A stretch of DNA of 64,000 bases from the human T2T-CHM13v2.0 reference genome, Homo sapiens (GCF_009914755.1 NC_060926.1); one strand, 5' to 3'. Shown: positions 30,534 to 45,480, numbered from the stretch's first letter. Made by a program: numbers and translations. The notes: a model not told the origin generated them from the letters alone.

Positions 30534-31134
30534 TGAGTGAGCCCGAGCTGGGAGTGGTGAGTGTGAGTGGACCTTCCCAGATAGATCTGGTGAGAATGGG
30601 GTGGCAGTTCTAGAACTGAACAAGAGGGGCTTCCTGGTCGTGGACCCCGACGGGTGGGCATGCGGTAGATACCCAGCACATCCGAGGGAAGGATGGATGG
30701 CTATTGATTTCCCTTCAGGCCATGCCAATATGTTTGTCAAGCAACAGATGCAATTCAAGTGCTACTGTGATCCAGGTGTGGCTCGCTGTTTAGGTAAAGA
30801 AGCTTCACAAAGGCGCTGCCACAAACCAACATGTGTTCTTTGGGTTTCATCTCGTAATTTCATTCATGAAGGTTGGGAATTCTGTTACTCAGAATCTTAC
30901 CTATTTTTTCCAAGTAGTTTCTCTCAGAGAACAAAAACTATGTATAGTATGTGTGTACATATGTAAATTTATGTAACATATTAACATGTTATTATGATAT
31001 GTAACATATCATTATGTATTATGTTAACAATTATAATCTATAATTCTATAGATTAACCCTAAGATTTATTTTTCCCTACCATCTTCCCATTGTTGCCCAA
31101 ATAACTGAGTGCTGTCTTTCCCCACCTCCCCGTA

Positions 31135-31232
31135 TCACCCAGGCTGGTCTCGAGCTCCTGGCCTCAAGCAAACCTCCTGCCTTATCCTCTCCGAGTAGCT
31201 GGGACTATGGGTGCGAGCCACCACGCCCAGCT
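31135..31232 (-). mobile_element. Alu monomer fragment (FLAM-like)
   Basis: tcacccaggctggtctcgagctcctggcctcaagc...gagccaccacgcccagc. Confidence 0.8.
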
Positions 31233-33557
31233 CTAGAGTGCTTTTCCCTGTGCTCGCACCAGAATTACAGTGAACTGCCCAACAAACATGCTGTTTTTAA
31301 AGCTAGAAGGGACCCTCATCTTATACCTAGGGAAACTGAGTCCCAGGAAGGGTAAAGAGCTTGCTCAAGGTCCTTCCAGATGCTCTTCCAGTACCATTTC
31401 CACCACTGACACCAGCATTTTCTTATTCCTTGTGCACTTCTCAAAAAAATAGAAATAACAAGTAGTGGTTGTTTACTGTTTTGACCCAGATATTTTTATT
31501 GTATTGCGACTGGTCAGCTTTTTCTAAGTTGAATCTTTAAGCTTCATGCTGTTTTATCTGTTTTTTTAAATATGCAAGGGAATAGATAAAAAGCATTACC
31601 TTTGAAAGCATGTGGTTACTAAGAGACAACATGACCATCCTTTGTGTGTTTATGTATCTAGCAGGCTCATTGATTCCCAGCAGTCCTGTGAGGCTAGGTG
31701 GCATTCATTCCTCTGCACATTTTATAGATGAGAAAGCTGAGGCTCGCCTTGCATGATTTCCTAGAGCCTGGAAGAGGCAAAGATAAGATTCAAACCCAGG
31801 TCTGCCTATCCTAAAACCAGTGGTCTTCACATTGAAGGGCCTTATGTAGCACCGAGCTCCCAGTATGTAACTTAACTTATATATAACTTAACATTCTGTT
31901 TATGTTAAAAATTCAGGCACAGGACTACACCCAGGGACTACTGCAGAAACGTTTTCTAAATAGCGCCAACGCTGAGGGGTCTTCGATTGGTGGCACCCGT
32001 GTTCCACGGTACAGCTAGGCCTTCTGTGAGATCCCTTTCCCCTTAATACAGAAATCCTCTAAGTGTATTCGAAAGCAGTTGTTTGTAATTGGAGTATCTG
32101 GGATTGACAGTGGCTTTAATTAGTTGATTACTAGTTCTTTAAAATGTACTGTACTCACTGTGGGTCTTGCAAATTGGTAACTGGTAGCTACCAGTGTAAT
32201 TAAATATTTCAGAGCACTTGGCTACAGTAGCATTGAACTGTGAAGAAATAATGTTGTACAGCCAATCAAAAAGAGATACTTGTAAACTCATTTACAGCGT
32301 CAGTGTGTGTTAGGACCATCATTGAGATGCTTATTGCAGGAGAAATTAAAGATACAATTTTGTGCTAAGAGGCAATGTAGAAATTAGTTCCCGAATTACT
32401 TGTTAATTGATTTGGTGATTCCCTCGGGTCTGCATGCTCCTTTTCCCCCTTTTTGTTGTTGCATTCAGTTAACAGTGACTATTCCCAGAGCAATAAAAAT
32501 ATATTCCACATGTAGATGAGATGTGCCCTTATATGAGACGGCCTGCATTCTTTCGCGGTACCAAGAAATGCTCAACCTAAAACACAACTGTGTTTTTCTC
32601 AGGCATATTGTTGTTTTATGTATACCCATCAAGGTAACCGGTGCATTCACGGGTTTGGATAATTTCAGGAAAAGGAAAGCATGTTTTTATGTCTCACGTT
32701 TACAGGCGCTTTTCTGATTTTTCTTTCCCCCTAATGGAAACCTTCCTTTTTTTATCAACAGTGGAGGAGATTCAGGAGACTTGATTTATGGAAGCTTTTT
32801 CTTATTTGCAATTCAGCAAGAATAACCATATGAAAGACCATTTGTAGAAAAGTGCAAATTGCTACTGAAAATGATATTGAAAGAAAATGAGACCTGTTTC
32901 TCCTTGTTGAAATTGAGTGTGGATAGAAGGAGAGACAGCCATCGTGGGTCAGAGGGAGCCTCCCAGGCTTCCTGGATGCAGGCTCCCGTCTCCAGACCCC
33001 TTCCTTCTTGACCGAGGGGAGAGGACACTGAAATGATGCACATATTGGTGCTGCTAATGTGAAAGATGCAGAAACCGTTATCCTTTTGAATTTCCAGTGG
33101 AAGATCCAACGACCCTTTGAACAGCTGCCACCATGGTGGCTGTGGCTTCATTTTGAGGAAAACATTTTTAATATCTTGTTGGCCGTGCTTATGGCCTGAA
33201 AAGCAGCATTAACGAGTTTTTGAAAACTATTATTATTCATTTTAGGCCAGTCCGTTATTTTTTTCTATTGCCCTTCCCGTGATCACTTATGCATATAAAT
33301 ATCATTATGCTTTTGCTTAACTGGGGCAAAAATCATGTGCATTATTTCAGTGTCTGCTTTTAAAAATAGATGGTAGTATTTTATTTTCAGTTAGGTGAAG
33401 CAGAAAAATGTATCCAGCAAAGTCTTCATTAAAAAGCTTAAGATGGCTAGAACTAAATATACATTGAACACAATTACTAATTTATCAAATATGTTTGCAT
33501 GTTGGTCAGTATATACAATAAAAAATAGTGTTTAATTTGAAATGTTAAAACCCTCTC

Positions 33558-33822
33558 TAGGTCCAAAAAATAGAATGGATGAGACCTACTATTTGATAGC
33601 ACAGCAGGGTGACTTTAGTCAGTAATAACTATACATTTAAAAATAACTTAAAAGAGTGTCATTGGATTGTTTGTAACCCAATGGATAAATGAGAGGATGG
33701 AGACCTTATTCTCCACAGTGTGCTGCTTTCACATTGCATGCCTGTATCAAAACATCTCATGTGCCTCATAAATATATACACCTACTATGTACTCAAAAAA
33801 TTAAAAACAGAAAAAAAAAAAT
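33558..33822 (+). mobile_element. 5'-truncated L1 (L1MA-like) 3' end with poly(A)
   Basis: cattgcatgcctgtatcaaaacatctcatgt...aaatatatacacctactatgtac followed by an A tail; TSD aaaccctctc at 33548-33557 and 33825-33834. Confidence 0.85.
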
Positions 33823-34225
33823 AGAAACCCTCTCAATTGTTGCTGCACCCAGCGTGGAAGAGGAGGTGTGCGAAACCATGCTAACGTGGCGCCATGCCCT
33901 GTGATGAAAGAGCCACCTGCTTAGTTGTTGGCTCCAGTAGAAGGAGAAGGAACACACCGTTTGCTTACTGGATGGCAGAGCGTTGGCATGCTCTTTATCC
34001 CTCATAGATTCCTTTCAGGTTACCCCCAAATAGGGTGACCTAGTTTTCCTCATGAGCATGGCTTATTAAGGGCCCCAAAAGTCTAACCTCTGCCAACTCA
34101 GAGATGCTGCTTGGGCAGATACAGGGCCTGAGCAGGGATAAGGAAAGGTAACCATCAGCTGCATAACCATGCATTTGCAGGTTCATTCTTTCTACTTTCG
34201 TCTCCGTTGCTCCGTTTCACATATC

Positions 34226-34574
<349 letters not shown>

Positions 34575-37500
34575 TAGCCACCCTGAGAGTTTCTTCACGA
34601 AGTTCCTGTGGAGGTGGCTGGCTGTCTTCGTCACTTTTCTCCACAGAATGTTTCTAAAACACACAAATTTGGCCAAACAGCCTCCAAAGCAATGATTTCA
34701 TATCTCCTTCCTCCTATTGTTCACTAACTTTGATTAAGTTAGAGAAAAGTACCTGCACTTTTCAGATACGGTGGCTCCGCGTGTTGGAGAATTCAGTACC
34801 AGATCCATGGCTCATCCTAAGCAGGGCAAGGAGGAGGGGAGCTCTTCACCCCTGGGCGGGTTTGTAGTGCGGCTTGTGCGTCTCCCCAGATTGCAGAGGA
34901 GAGGAAATACATCCCCTTCAAGATGAGAGGACACAGCTGCAACGTCTTATTTTAAAAATATGTGTGACTTTTACTTTCTGCTTCATACATGCATCACGTG
35001 TTTGAATATACTTTCTATTATTTGTGAGTTAACATTGCTGTTTTTCTCCAAGTGTTTGAGTGAAATTGATTCTCCACGCAGACTCTCCTTGCTCACCCTG
35101 AGGTTTCAGGGCTTTGACCTGAGGGCTGAGACCACAGGGCACAGCTCCTGACCCACGTGGCTGAAGGGCTTGGAGCAGGAGGTAAGGGGGCTGCCGGCGT
35201 AGCTCCAAGGTGATGAATATTTCTACTTGATATTTCCCCTGGTATTTCTGCACTTTAATGACTATTTCTACTAATACTTGTACTAATAATTTTTAATGGT
35301 TCACATTGAGTAGGTGACATTTTGATACATTAATGAGCCTTATCAATGACTTTTAAAAGTTCCTTAGTGTGCCAGGATACTTTGCTGCAGCCCTTGGAAG
35401 GAAGGGGAGAGGGTGTGGCTGTGGCCCCCATTCTACCCTCTGAGCATGAGTCACAGGTGGCACGCCTAAGAGTAACATCCACGGCTGAATCGTCACCGGC
35501 ATTGATTTACACTTCCAAGGTTAGTCAGGGAGGCTTTCCTTTAACATAGCTTGCCCGTACTAAAAGCTGTCAGAATACTGGAGAAATGTAGGCCTTGAAG
35601 ATAGAGGGGTGTTTTCAGGGGTGGCTGCCTTCACTCTGGAATGCTTTGCGCCTGCTGGGATGTTGCTAGCATGCCTGTGGGGAGAGGCCCGGAGGGCTGG
35701 GCTGCGAGGGAGGCTGCACTGGCTTCTGGGAAGCGCTGGTTTCTGGAGCAGGCCAGCCTGCGGGACTCCAGGACTGAGGCTTGCCCAGCCACTGTGGGTC
35801 CTGACGGTGCAGTAGGGGCTGCATTTTGACAGACTTACAACAAGTATCCCAGAGAAAGATGAGAGCAGATGGGGATCCTGAATTTTGGTTTCCTGGGGAC
35901 AAATGTTTTCTGGCTTGTTCTCATGTTTCTGGGAAATAATGGGATTAAATTCGAGTATCTTTCTTGGCTACAGGAATTGATGGAAGAGGAAGTATTTTGA
36001 ACTCAGTGAAATGAGCATTCCTCTGCACTAGGCCGACCCCTTTCTGTGGCAGCCCACTGGAACATAAGCACCCCATGTTGGGAATTTCTTTTTTTGGTCA
36101 CCAGTGTATCCCAGACCCCTAGAGTAGCTCTCAGTAAATATTTATGTAATGAAAAATCTCAATTCTCACAACCACCTTAGGAGGGATAATAGCATAATCC
36201 CCATTTCACAGACAGAATGAATGCTCAGAGAAGTTGAGCCACTTACTCAATGTCACTCAGCCTGGGAGTGGTAAACTAACACTTACGCATTGTATGGAAC
36301 TGCCCACGAGTCACATTTGTTCTATGAGAAGGCAGAAAATACCTGGGGAGGTCTTGCCCAGGGGTGTGTATGTCTTAATTGATAAACCTCTGGAATTGGA
36401 AACGTAGAGGGTAGTCCAGGGTAGAATTTAGGCTCAAGCTTACTTTGAGAGCATGTTGCCCTAAGAGTGGAATGTCATGGAGAAAATTCCAGAAGCTTTC
36501 GCTCACCCAGCCTTTTCAAAGTCCATCCCAAGACTGTTGGGTCCACATGTTGCTCGGATGTCATGAGATGTCCCTGGTTGACACGTTGAGGACATGCTAA
36601 ACCACACGAAGATAATGGGTGTCATTTTGCATGACTCACAGCCCTTACCATTTGAACGTGCAATGGATGCTCCGAGAAAGAACAGACCTTGAGTCCTCGT
36701 TTGTAAGACACAGCTCTCAGACGCAGCCTGTCCAGAGTTCTGAGCCTCAGTTTTGGGGGTCAGGTGTCATTGTCTTAAGATGCAGTTTTGTGGACTGGTA
36801 CAGAGTTCAGTCTAAGGCAGATGTCTCTCTTTTATTCCTGTTGTCTTTCAACATTTGGGCTACTGGGTAGATGGGCACCAGTGACTGGGCAGATTGGCAC
36901 CAGGACTTTGTCTACAACCTGCGTTTCCCTGTTTGTTCTGCCATGGGGCATGAGGCAGCGCCTGGCTGACCTTGGACTTGCAGGCAGCCTCTGTGCATCC
37001 CCTGGCCCCTGGCCTTGTTGTTAGATGGTGCATTTCGTTTTCTGGAGAGAGAGAGAGAGCTGGACCACTGTGGCCGTTGTCAGAATTCCACTTTCGTCAT
37101 CAAGGATTCATTTTCTTTATGTCCGTAATGTGATGGGGCAGCATTAGCAGTCGGTCACCTGTGTTTCCAAAGGGAGAAGTATTTTCAGGATGTAGAGACT
37201 GTGGCCATGTTAATAACCAGGTTCTAACTTTCCTAAGAACCCTGAGACCTTGTGAGCAAGAAAGGGCACAGCATTTGACATCTGAGTCAATCCTGGCCAA
37301 ATGTATACTGAATTGCCACTAGAGAATTCACCACCACTCCTGATGAAGCCAGTTGGGTAGTTTTCCTTCACTTGTGAAAAATTAATCATGATGTTAGCTT
37401 GTTATATATTGCGAAGAGATTTTTTATAAGTTGGTGATAGATGATTTTTAATTTTTTGGACTCTCTGTATTTCTACATCTTCTTTGTGGGAAATTCTTCA

Positions 37501-38997
37501 AACTCCATGGGGGCTTGGTGACCCAGCCTGATGGTATCGTCCATCCTTGCAGCAGTGGGTGGCCCCTCTGTGCTGGGCTCTGTGGAAGGCGCAGATAGAC
37601 AGGAGGCTGCTTGGCCCTGGGGAGTTTGCCGTGCAGGGGGTGGTCAAGGACCAGAGAAGGTGGTGTGAAGAACTGGCAATAGAGAGTGGGTGTCAGTGGG
37701 CCGGGACAGGCAGAGCTTCAGGAAGTGACAAGTAGTCTCTGGGGACCGGCACATCTGGACATGGACAGTCAAAGGAAGACTGGGGGCACATGGGGACCAG
37801 GACACCTGGACATACACAGTCAGAAGGAAGACTGGGGGTCGGGGTGGGACAGCATGATGCAGAGCTTTGGCGGCTGGCTGATGGAGTCGTTCTCATTTGT
37901 GAAGACACTGTCCAGGGCTAAGGCAGTACTTGCCAAGGCAAGGCCACCGTGATCCGAGACTGGGAGGCCCAGAAAAGATGCAGACAAGGTAGGAGTCGGC
38001 TCTGTGTGACTTCCCCATGACACCAGTGGGCCAGGCTACAGTCACCGTTTGAGTGCCCGTGGAGGATTGGTTTACTTAGTAAATTCGTTGTATTTTAAAA
38101 GTCAGATGGAATTTGTCTTCATATTTTGCTCATGTCAGTGAGGAGATAGATGTGTGCTGTCACTTAGCAGTGTCCACTGTCTTTCTTCAAATCAAGGCCA
38201 GTGAATTTTCTGATTGCAGGCACTTCAAAGCCGTCAGTTCCATTCATTGTTTTTCAAAGTATTCATTTCATTAAACATCCCATCAGAAAGCCTCTGATAG
38301 AGGGTGCCCTCTCATCAGGTCCGTGTGCACCAGGAAGTTTACAGTTCAGAAGTGTTGCATGCTGAGCACTCTTTGTGAGATACTTTGGGGGCTCAGGGGG
38401 CTTGGAGTTTATTTGTTGGGGGAAGCAATGTTGGTAGGGGGTGGGGGTTGCACCTTGAGGTTTCTAGGCCAGCCCAGGACGGTGTGCGGCCCCAAGCCAC
38501 TAACACAGCACTCCTAGTGTTCCTCACAGCAGGTGGAAAATGCATTTATAAGATATTTCTTCCTCGGAATTTTTAAGTGATTTTACTTCTATTGGATGCT
38601 GTTGATAGCCTCATTCTTCTCAGGTCCACCTGTCGGTAGGCCCAGTAGTCAACTCCTAACTAATAGAGTAGTTATTAGCTGGTTAGTTGTCTGCAGCTAA
38701 GCAGGAATGGGACTGGATGGTGGGGACTCCTGTGAGAATGCTGATGGGTGCCGCCTCCTCACCTGTGTGTCGCAGGTGTAGGCGATACCTGGGAAGCCGT
38801 TGTACGGGGCTGGCATTTGCTAGTTTTATAAGATGTCACAAGCATGACCCAGGAGCACACCCCATGAGAGTCACAGTGGTACCAGCACCTGCTGGCTGCT
38901 CTCTGCACTGATGACAGCTGTTAGGGAATCACATTCGAGACTTTAACTAGATTGGTCCAGAGTGCTTCACTCTTCTTCTTTAAAAAAAAAAACAAAA

Positions 38998-40085
38998 AAC
39001 AGTAAACGTTCTTTTTTAGAGCAGTTTTAGGTCACGGCAAAGTTGAGCAGAAGGACACCCACAGCCTCCGCCATTGTCCCCCACAGTCTGTTGCAGCCGA
39101 TGAGCCTGCACTGACAGCACTGTCACCCTCAGTCCATCTGTACTTTAGGGTTCACTGTTGGAGTGTGTTCTGTGAATCTGGACAAATGTATAATGAGCTG
39201 TATCCACCACTGCGGTGTATAGGATCATAAGAAACAGTTTCACTACCCTAAAAATCCTGTGGTCCACCTCTTCATTTCCCCCACCGCCTGAAATCACAGA
39301 TCTTTTTACTGCCTCTATAGTTTTTCCTTTGCCAGGATGCCATAGAGTTGGAATGATAGAGGTGTAACCTTTTCAGATTGGCTTATATCACTAATATGCA
39401 TTTAAGCTTTCTCCATGTCTTTCCATGGCTCAGTAGCTCATTTCTTTCCAGTGCTGAGTAATATTCCATTGCCTGGATGTACCATGGTGTGTTTATCCAT
39501 TCACCTATTGAAAGACATCTTGGGTGCTTCCAACTTTTTGCAATTATGATTAATGCTGCTAATACACATTTGGGTGCAGGTTTTTGTGTGGACCTAAGTT
39601 TTCAGCTCATTTGTGTAAATACCAAAGAACATGATTGCTAGATTGTATGGTAAGAATGTTTTCAGTTTTGCAGGAAACTGCCAAACAGTCTTCCAGAGTA
39701 GCTGTACCACTTTTTATTTCCACCAGCAATGGATGAGAGTTTCTGTTTCTCCACATCCTGTCAGCACTTGGTGTTGTCAGTGTTAGACTTTGGCCATTCT
39801 AATGTGTGTATAGTGGTATCCCCTGGTCATTTTCATTTGCAGTTACCTAATGACATATAATGTGGAGCATCTTTTCATGTGTTTATTTGCCATCTGTAGG
39901 TCGTCTTTGGTGAGGTTTCTGTTCAGATCTTCTGCTCATTTTTTAATTGAGTTGTTCACTTTCTTATTGTTGATTTTAAGGGTTCTTTGTATGTTTTGGA
40001 TAATATTCCTTTTCAGATGTGTTTTTTATAGATATTTTCTCCCAGTCTGTAGCTTGTCTTCTCGTTTTCTTGATCTTTCTTCTTT
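38998..40085 (-). mobile_element. L1 (L1MC-like) 3' fragment
   Basis: ttttttagagcagttttagg...ggaaactgccaaacagtcttccag...tgtggagcatcttttcatgtg. Confidence 0.85.
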
Positions 40086-43000
40086 TCCCTCCTAATAATT
40101 GTTCTCCTTCAAGGTTCTCCAGCTTATTGATATGTTGTTTAGGTAGGTCTTGGGCTTCATTTTGCCTGTAACATATCATTAGCATTTTCCTTACAGTTTG
40201 ATAAAATTAATTTCAACAATTTCTACACTGTGAAACCTTCTGAGTGAGCACATCCTCAAAATCATCAACTCTTCCGATGAGATAATTGCTTAGGAGCATA
40301 TACAGTTCTTAAAAGCACTTTTATACATTGTATGAAATGTAGAATGGGTGACATTTTATAAGTTATATATTGTAGACATTCTAGACTTCATTGCAGCTAA
40401 TAAGCATCCAGGAATCTGTGAAGTTCTTATGAATGATAATTCTCCCCATCCTGTGTCAGTGCTAATAACATCTGTAATTAACAGCTAGGGAAGTCGTTGC
40501 CTGTTGGCAGCTGTGCTTATTGGCTGAAGTGACCACGTGCAAACCAAGCCTGGCTGAGCCTTGGGAGTGAAGGGATGTTCAAACCCACAGACTAGAAGGC
40601 AGGTGGGCAGCTGGCACCCAGATCCCATGGATCAATACCATGTGTGTGAGAGAGAGGGTGGGAGAGCCTAGCTGCCAGAAGGAGGCTGGTCTCTCCCCTG
40701 CTTCATGAGTGTACAACAGGAGACTGGCAGCCCCAAAGCAGCTAGTATCCTCTGCCACTGCCCTGACCGAGGACCAGGGCCTTTGGCTCTGAGACTGTGT
40801 GACATCTGATGGCCAGGGCATGTACATCATCACAAGGAAACAAGACCTGGAGGGGGCCGGTGAGCCAGGGAGCATGGTAGAAGAGACAAGCCGGAGAGCA
40901 GCTGGCTCTGGAGGGGCACTGGCAGGACCCGAGGGTGCAGGCAGCAAGCAGGCTGTTGGGTGCTGCAGGCGCTCTCCATTGGAGCAGTGCTGTGGAAGCA
41001 CCGTCGGCCTGCCGCCGTGCTGAGTGATGCCAGGGCCACGGCAGAGGCTGGCGTAGGCACGGGAGCGGGACCACACGTGGCCAAATGAGCAGGAAGGAAG
41101 GGACAGGGCAGGATTATTTTAGAAACTTAGAAAAATCATACCTGCTTGCTGTAGCAAAATTAGAAGATGTACATGGACAAAAACGTAGAAGTCACCCCTT
41201 AATGCCAGTACTCCAGGATGAAAGTGGTTATCCCCATAGTTTGCACCCCTGTTCAAGTTCACTCTCTCTGAAACACCTAAACCACCCACCCCCACTCTCC
41301 AAGGCCCTCATGCTCACCTTGACTCTCCTCATCACCCCGCCCCCTCCTCAGAGTGCTTGCTAATGTCACTCTGGATCCCACCTATCCTGGCTTCCATGTG
41401 GGTAGAAATCTTGACTTTTCGTTACAGTGAATGTCATAAAAGGTGCTCAAGAAATATATCCTGAATGAATGAATGGAACAATAACTGGTAAACCTTTAAA
41501 GATATTTATCAAATGGGATCCCACTACAAATATGGTTATAAAATGGGATCACACACTTATATGTGTGCATGTTTATGAATACATGTGTATAACTGAAACA
41601 AATGTTCTATGAAATGATCCTAAGTGCATCTCACTCCAATCCTCCAATCTGGTTTTTTTTTTTTTTTTTTTAAAGCTCTGGTTGCAGCTCACTAAAGTAA
41701 TTTCATGACCCACTAATTATCTCACATATTTTGTAAAACTCACATTTTTTTTGTAAAAAAAAAAAAAGCCAGTAGCAGCACTGGCTCTTTGTCCAGTATT
41801 GACATGTTAACTGTCATCCTAGTTGAGCCAGCCCCCTCCATGTAGGCCAGTCTGGCGAAATCCAGTGCTGTGTCTCTATGCAGTCCACGGGCACACTGAG
41901 TTCTCATTTGCCCGGTTGGAACAGCTGATGGTTAGTTCTCAGCGTGATCACCGTGGTCAGATGGGCGCCCCATGTGGTGCCTTGTGGGAGAAAAGTTCCA
42001 GGTTTTCTTTAGCTACTTCCACAGGTACACAGAGGTGTGCTGGCCATGGGGTTTGTGTCTCTGCATGTTCTTCCGCATAGTATGAGGTGCAGGCTTTTAT
42101 TTCATAGGGACACACCAGTGTCAGACAGAACATGGGGACAAGATCACACTGCAGATTCAGATATGCCTTCTGTCCTTTCAAAGGGTGTATCCTGGTTCAT
42201 CCTCTGTCCCTGCCTGCTGGAATAACTGCTTCCCCCGCTGCGTCCTGTCCTCGTGCACCCACCCAGGCCACAGAGCCCGGTCTGTGAGCAGCAGGAGGGC
42301 AGAGCCCTGTCCTCCTCTGCAGCATAACCCATAATTATGGCTCTTAATTTACATATTCCATGCCTGCCTTGAGAAAATATTTTACCTGGAATGTCAGTTT
42401 TTTGGGTACCATCCACTGGAGTTCACATTCATTTTCACCAGTTGTTCACTTAGCAGACCATTAGAAAGGAGGTCCCTGCGAGGTCCCCGTGAGAGGATAG
42501 GAAAATGCCATTTAAATAAAAGGTCAGCAAGAGCGAGAGTCTCCGAAGTTAGACAGGCATCCGGAGAAAGGTGGATGTGGAAAGTGAGGTTGACTTCTGG
42601 GCGCATGTGTGGAATATCCAGGCCCTTAGAGGCTCGGGTCTAGTGGTGGAGGATGAGGCCCCTCTGCCATAGGGAGAGCCTGTCTTAATCACGCCACGCA
42701 GGTGGAACAGACTCTATGCAGAAAACTTGCGGAAGCATTTTGCTAACATCACGAGAACATGTGATTCGTTAGTTGGAGTGGACAGGAATGACTTCAGAAA
42801 CCAGAGCAGGGAGTCTCGCTTAAAGTCTTGGCATCCTCGCCCCTCGGCCTCACACCTCCCCCGTTCCCGATTCTCTACTTTTGCTCTCCCCGATTGCACA
42901 GTAGCCTCACTGGATGGACAGGTGCCCTCAGTGTGTTCCCCGGGCATGCGTTTCCCACGCTGAGCTCAGAGGTAGCTTTCAGTAAGTGCCAGCTGGATTT

Positions 43001-44719
43001 TGTCACTCCTTCAGTTGCAATCTTCAGTGGCTCCCCATGGCCTGCACCAAAATGTTTATAACCCTTGGAAGGTGTCAGAGCCTGTACACCCCAACCCTGG
43101 TCTGGTCTCAGATAGTCTCCCCAGAGCTCCCAGCCATCAACTTTCTTGGTTTTCAAATACACAGTGTATCTTGTGCTGCCACACCTGGCAGAGAGGCTCC
43201 TCAGCTTGGAGCGTTTTTCTTCCTTCATCTACGTCTGTGTTTTGTAAACTTGTCATCTTTTCAGATGTTGCTCATGTAGCCCCTCTCTTGTGTAACCATT
43301 CTTATTCATCTGAGGTGTAAGTTGCCCACTGCCCCACCCTGTGGGCCTCTTAGCACTTTGTCCATTACTTTGTTAAAGTAGCTGGCACGTTGTGTAAGCT
43401 TTTCCGAGGAGGACAAGGGGTTCATATCTGGCTCTCCATGGACACTGAGTTCCTGGAGATGGCTGGGACTTTGGTGCTTAGCCCTGTGCTGGGCACTTTA
43501 CAACAAAATCGTGTCTCCATTGCAAAAAGTTTGTATCATGTTAAGCTTTGCTCGTGTAGTTTACTAATAAGTGTGTATCAAAGATTAAGGTAGAAAGTAA
43601 TGATTTTGATACTGCTTCTTAGACAAAGAAGGCGGCTAACAAGAGCCAACCACTGACTGGAGAGGCTCCGGCTGTCACCGTGATTATTAATACATTGTAA
43701 TGACATTTTGGGGATTCCGCCATATTTTGTATGGTTGCCAGCAAAATGTTGACAGTTGTATTGTGGTTAATAAATTCATTTAGATTTATAAGCATTGTTT
43801 ACAGAACCTGTTCGCCTGCTGAAACTCTAACAGCATCTGTTCCTTCTTACTAATTAACTGCTAATTACAAATGAGCTTTGTGTGTTTGTCAGTATAACTG
43901 GCTCATGCATTTTGTAAGGAACATTAACAAATTGATTTACATAGTGGAAAAGCAATCAAAAGAGTAAACTGAACAGCACAGGTCTAAAGCCCTTTAGCCG
44001 GCTTTTGAATGAAGCAAACTTTTGATGGCTATAAATATTGCCATAAATTTTCCATTACCTTAATTCTTTGGTAAAGGTACAGCGATCAAAAGCAATATTG
44101 AGTGAGTAATACTCAAATTAGAGCACTGCAGCAGGTGGCCGGGAGTGCTGGTGATGGCCCTGCAGAATCCTTTGGGGGCCGATAGAGGAGAAACACCAAC
44201 AAGTGGTCCTGTAGGAAATGCATCCACTCCCTTGTGGGAATGCTGCTGACTTTTGAAAGCTGCACTCGTGACTGGGGTTGCTTCAGAACCCAGTCACTTA
44301 AGTACAGGTTCACACTGTGATATCGAAGTCAGTGTCTCAGCCAGCCTGCTGCAAGGCGCTTAGCCGGGAAGTGGAAATCTGGTGTCTGTCACACTTTTTC
44401 TCCTCTTGGGTTCTCAGATTTCAAACCGTGTTGATCTGTGTCATGCTTCAGGGGGCAGGCATTTAAAGTTAACCAGTTTAAGTGGGTGATTCCAAAAGTC
44501 CAGGGCTCCTTCATCCACTCTTCTCAAGGAGCGGGAGAAGATGGAGACAGCCCTGAAGAATCAAGTTCCTGGTATGTTTTCTAAAGCTCCCTCCTCGAGA
44601 TAGAGAACTATGACCCAGGCCAGAGCCACAGGGGCACAGACAGAACAGGAGGAACGGGTTACACTGGTGCCATTTACATTCACAGTTAACTTTCTAGGTG
44701 ATTCACAATGCAGGTGTAA

Positions 44720-45097
<378 letters not shown>

Positions 45098-45289
45098 TGA
45101 AAGGTTTAGGCTAAATATGATTAACAGCGGTTACATTAAAGTAATACTGAGTACTTTCCTGAGAGGGAACGTTTACTCTAAAGGATCCAGATACACAGTT
45201 GTTGGCCTGAGCCCTGACACTGATGTTCAGGGTCAGAACAGCTGGGAAGGTGGGGAGGGCTGCTAGGTCCAGGGCCCTAAGCCATGGAA

Positions 45290-45480
45290 GGAGACCCTAC
45301 TTGCCAGCTGTGAGCCTCAGGCAAACCCCTAGACCTCTTGAACCTCAGTTAACTCAGGTGCAGAATGAGGATGATAGAACAACCCTCTTCCCCAGGGTTG
45401 TTGGTGGATTAATAAGATGATGGAGTCTACCAGTAAAGGAGGTGGCATATAACAACAGCTCACTAAATAAGTTACTATTG
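45290..45480 (+). mobile_element. MIR SINE
   Basis: ccagctgtgagcctcaggcaa...cctcagtt...agggttgttggtggattaa. Confidence 0.6.

Noticed and set aside
30071-30758. 202-aa and 209-aa minus-strand ORFs (Ser/Phe-rich and Leu-rich)
   Set aside because: They are antisense readings of the 27-bp minisatellite.
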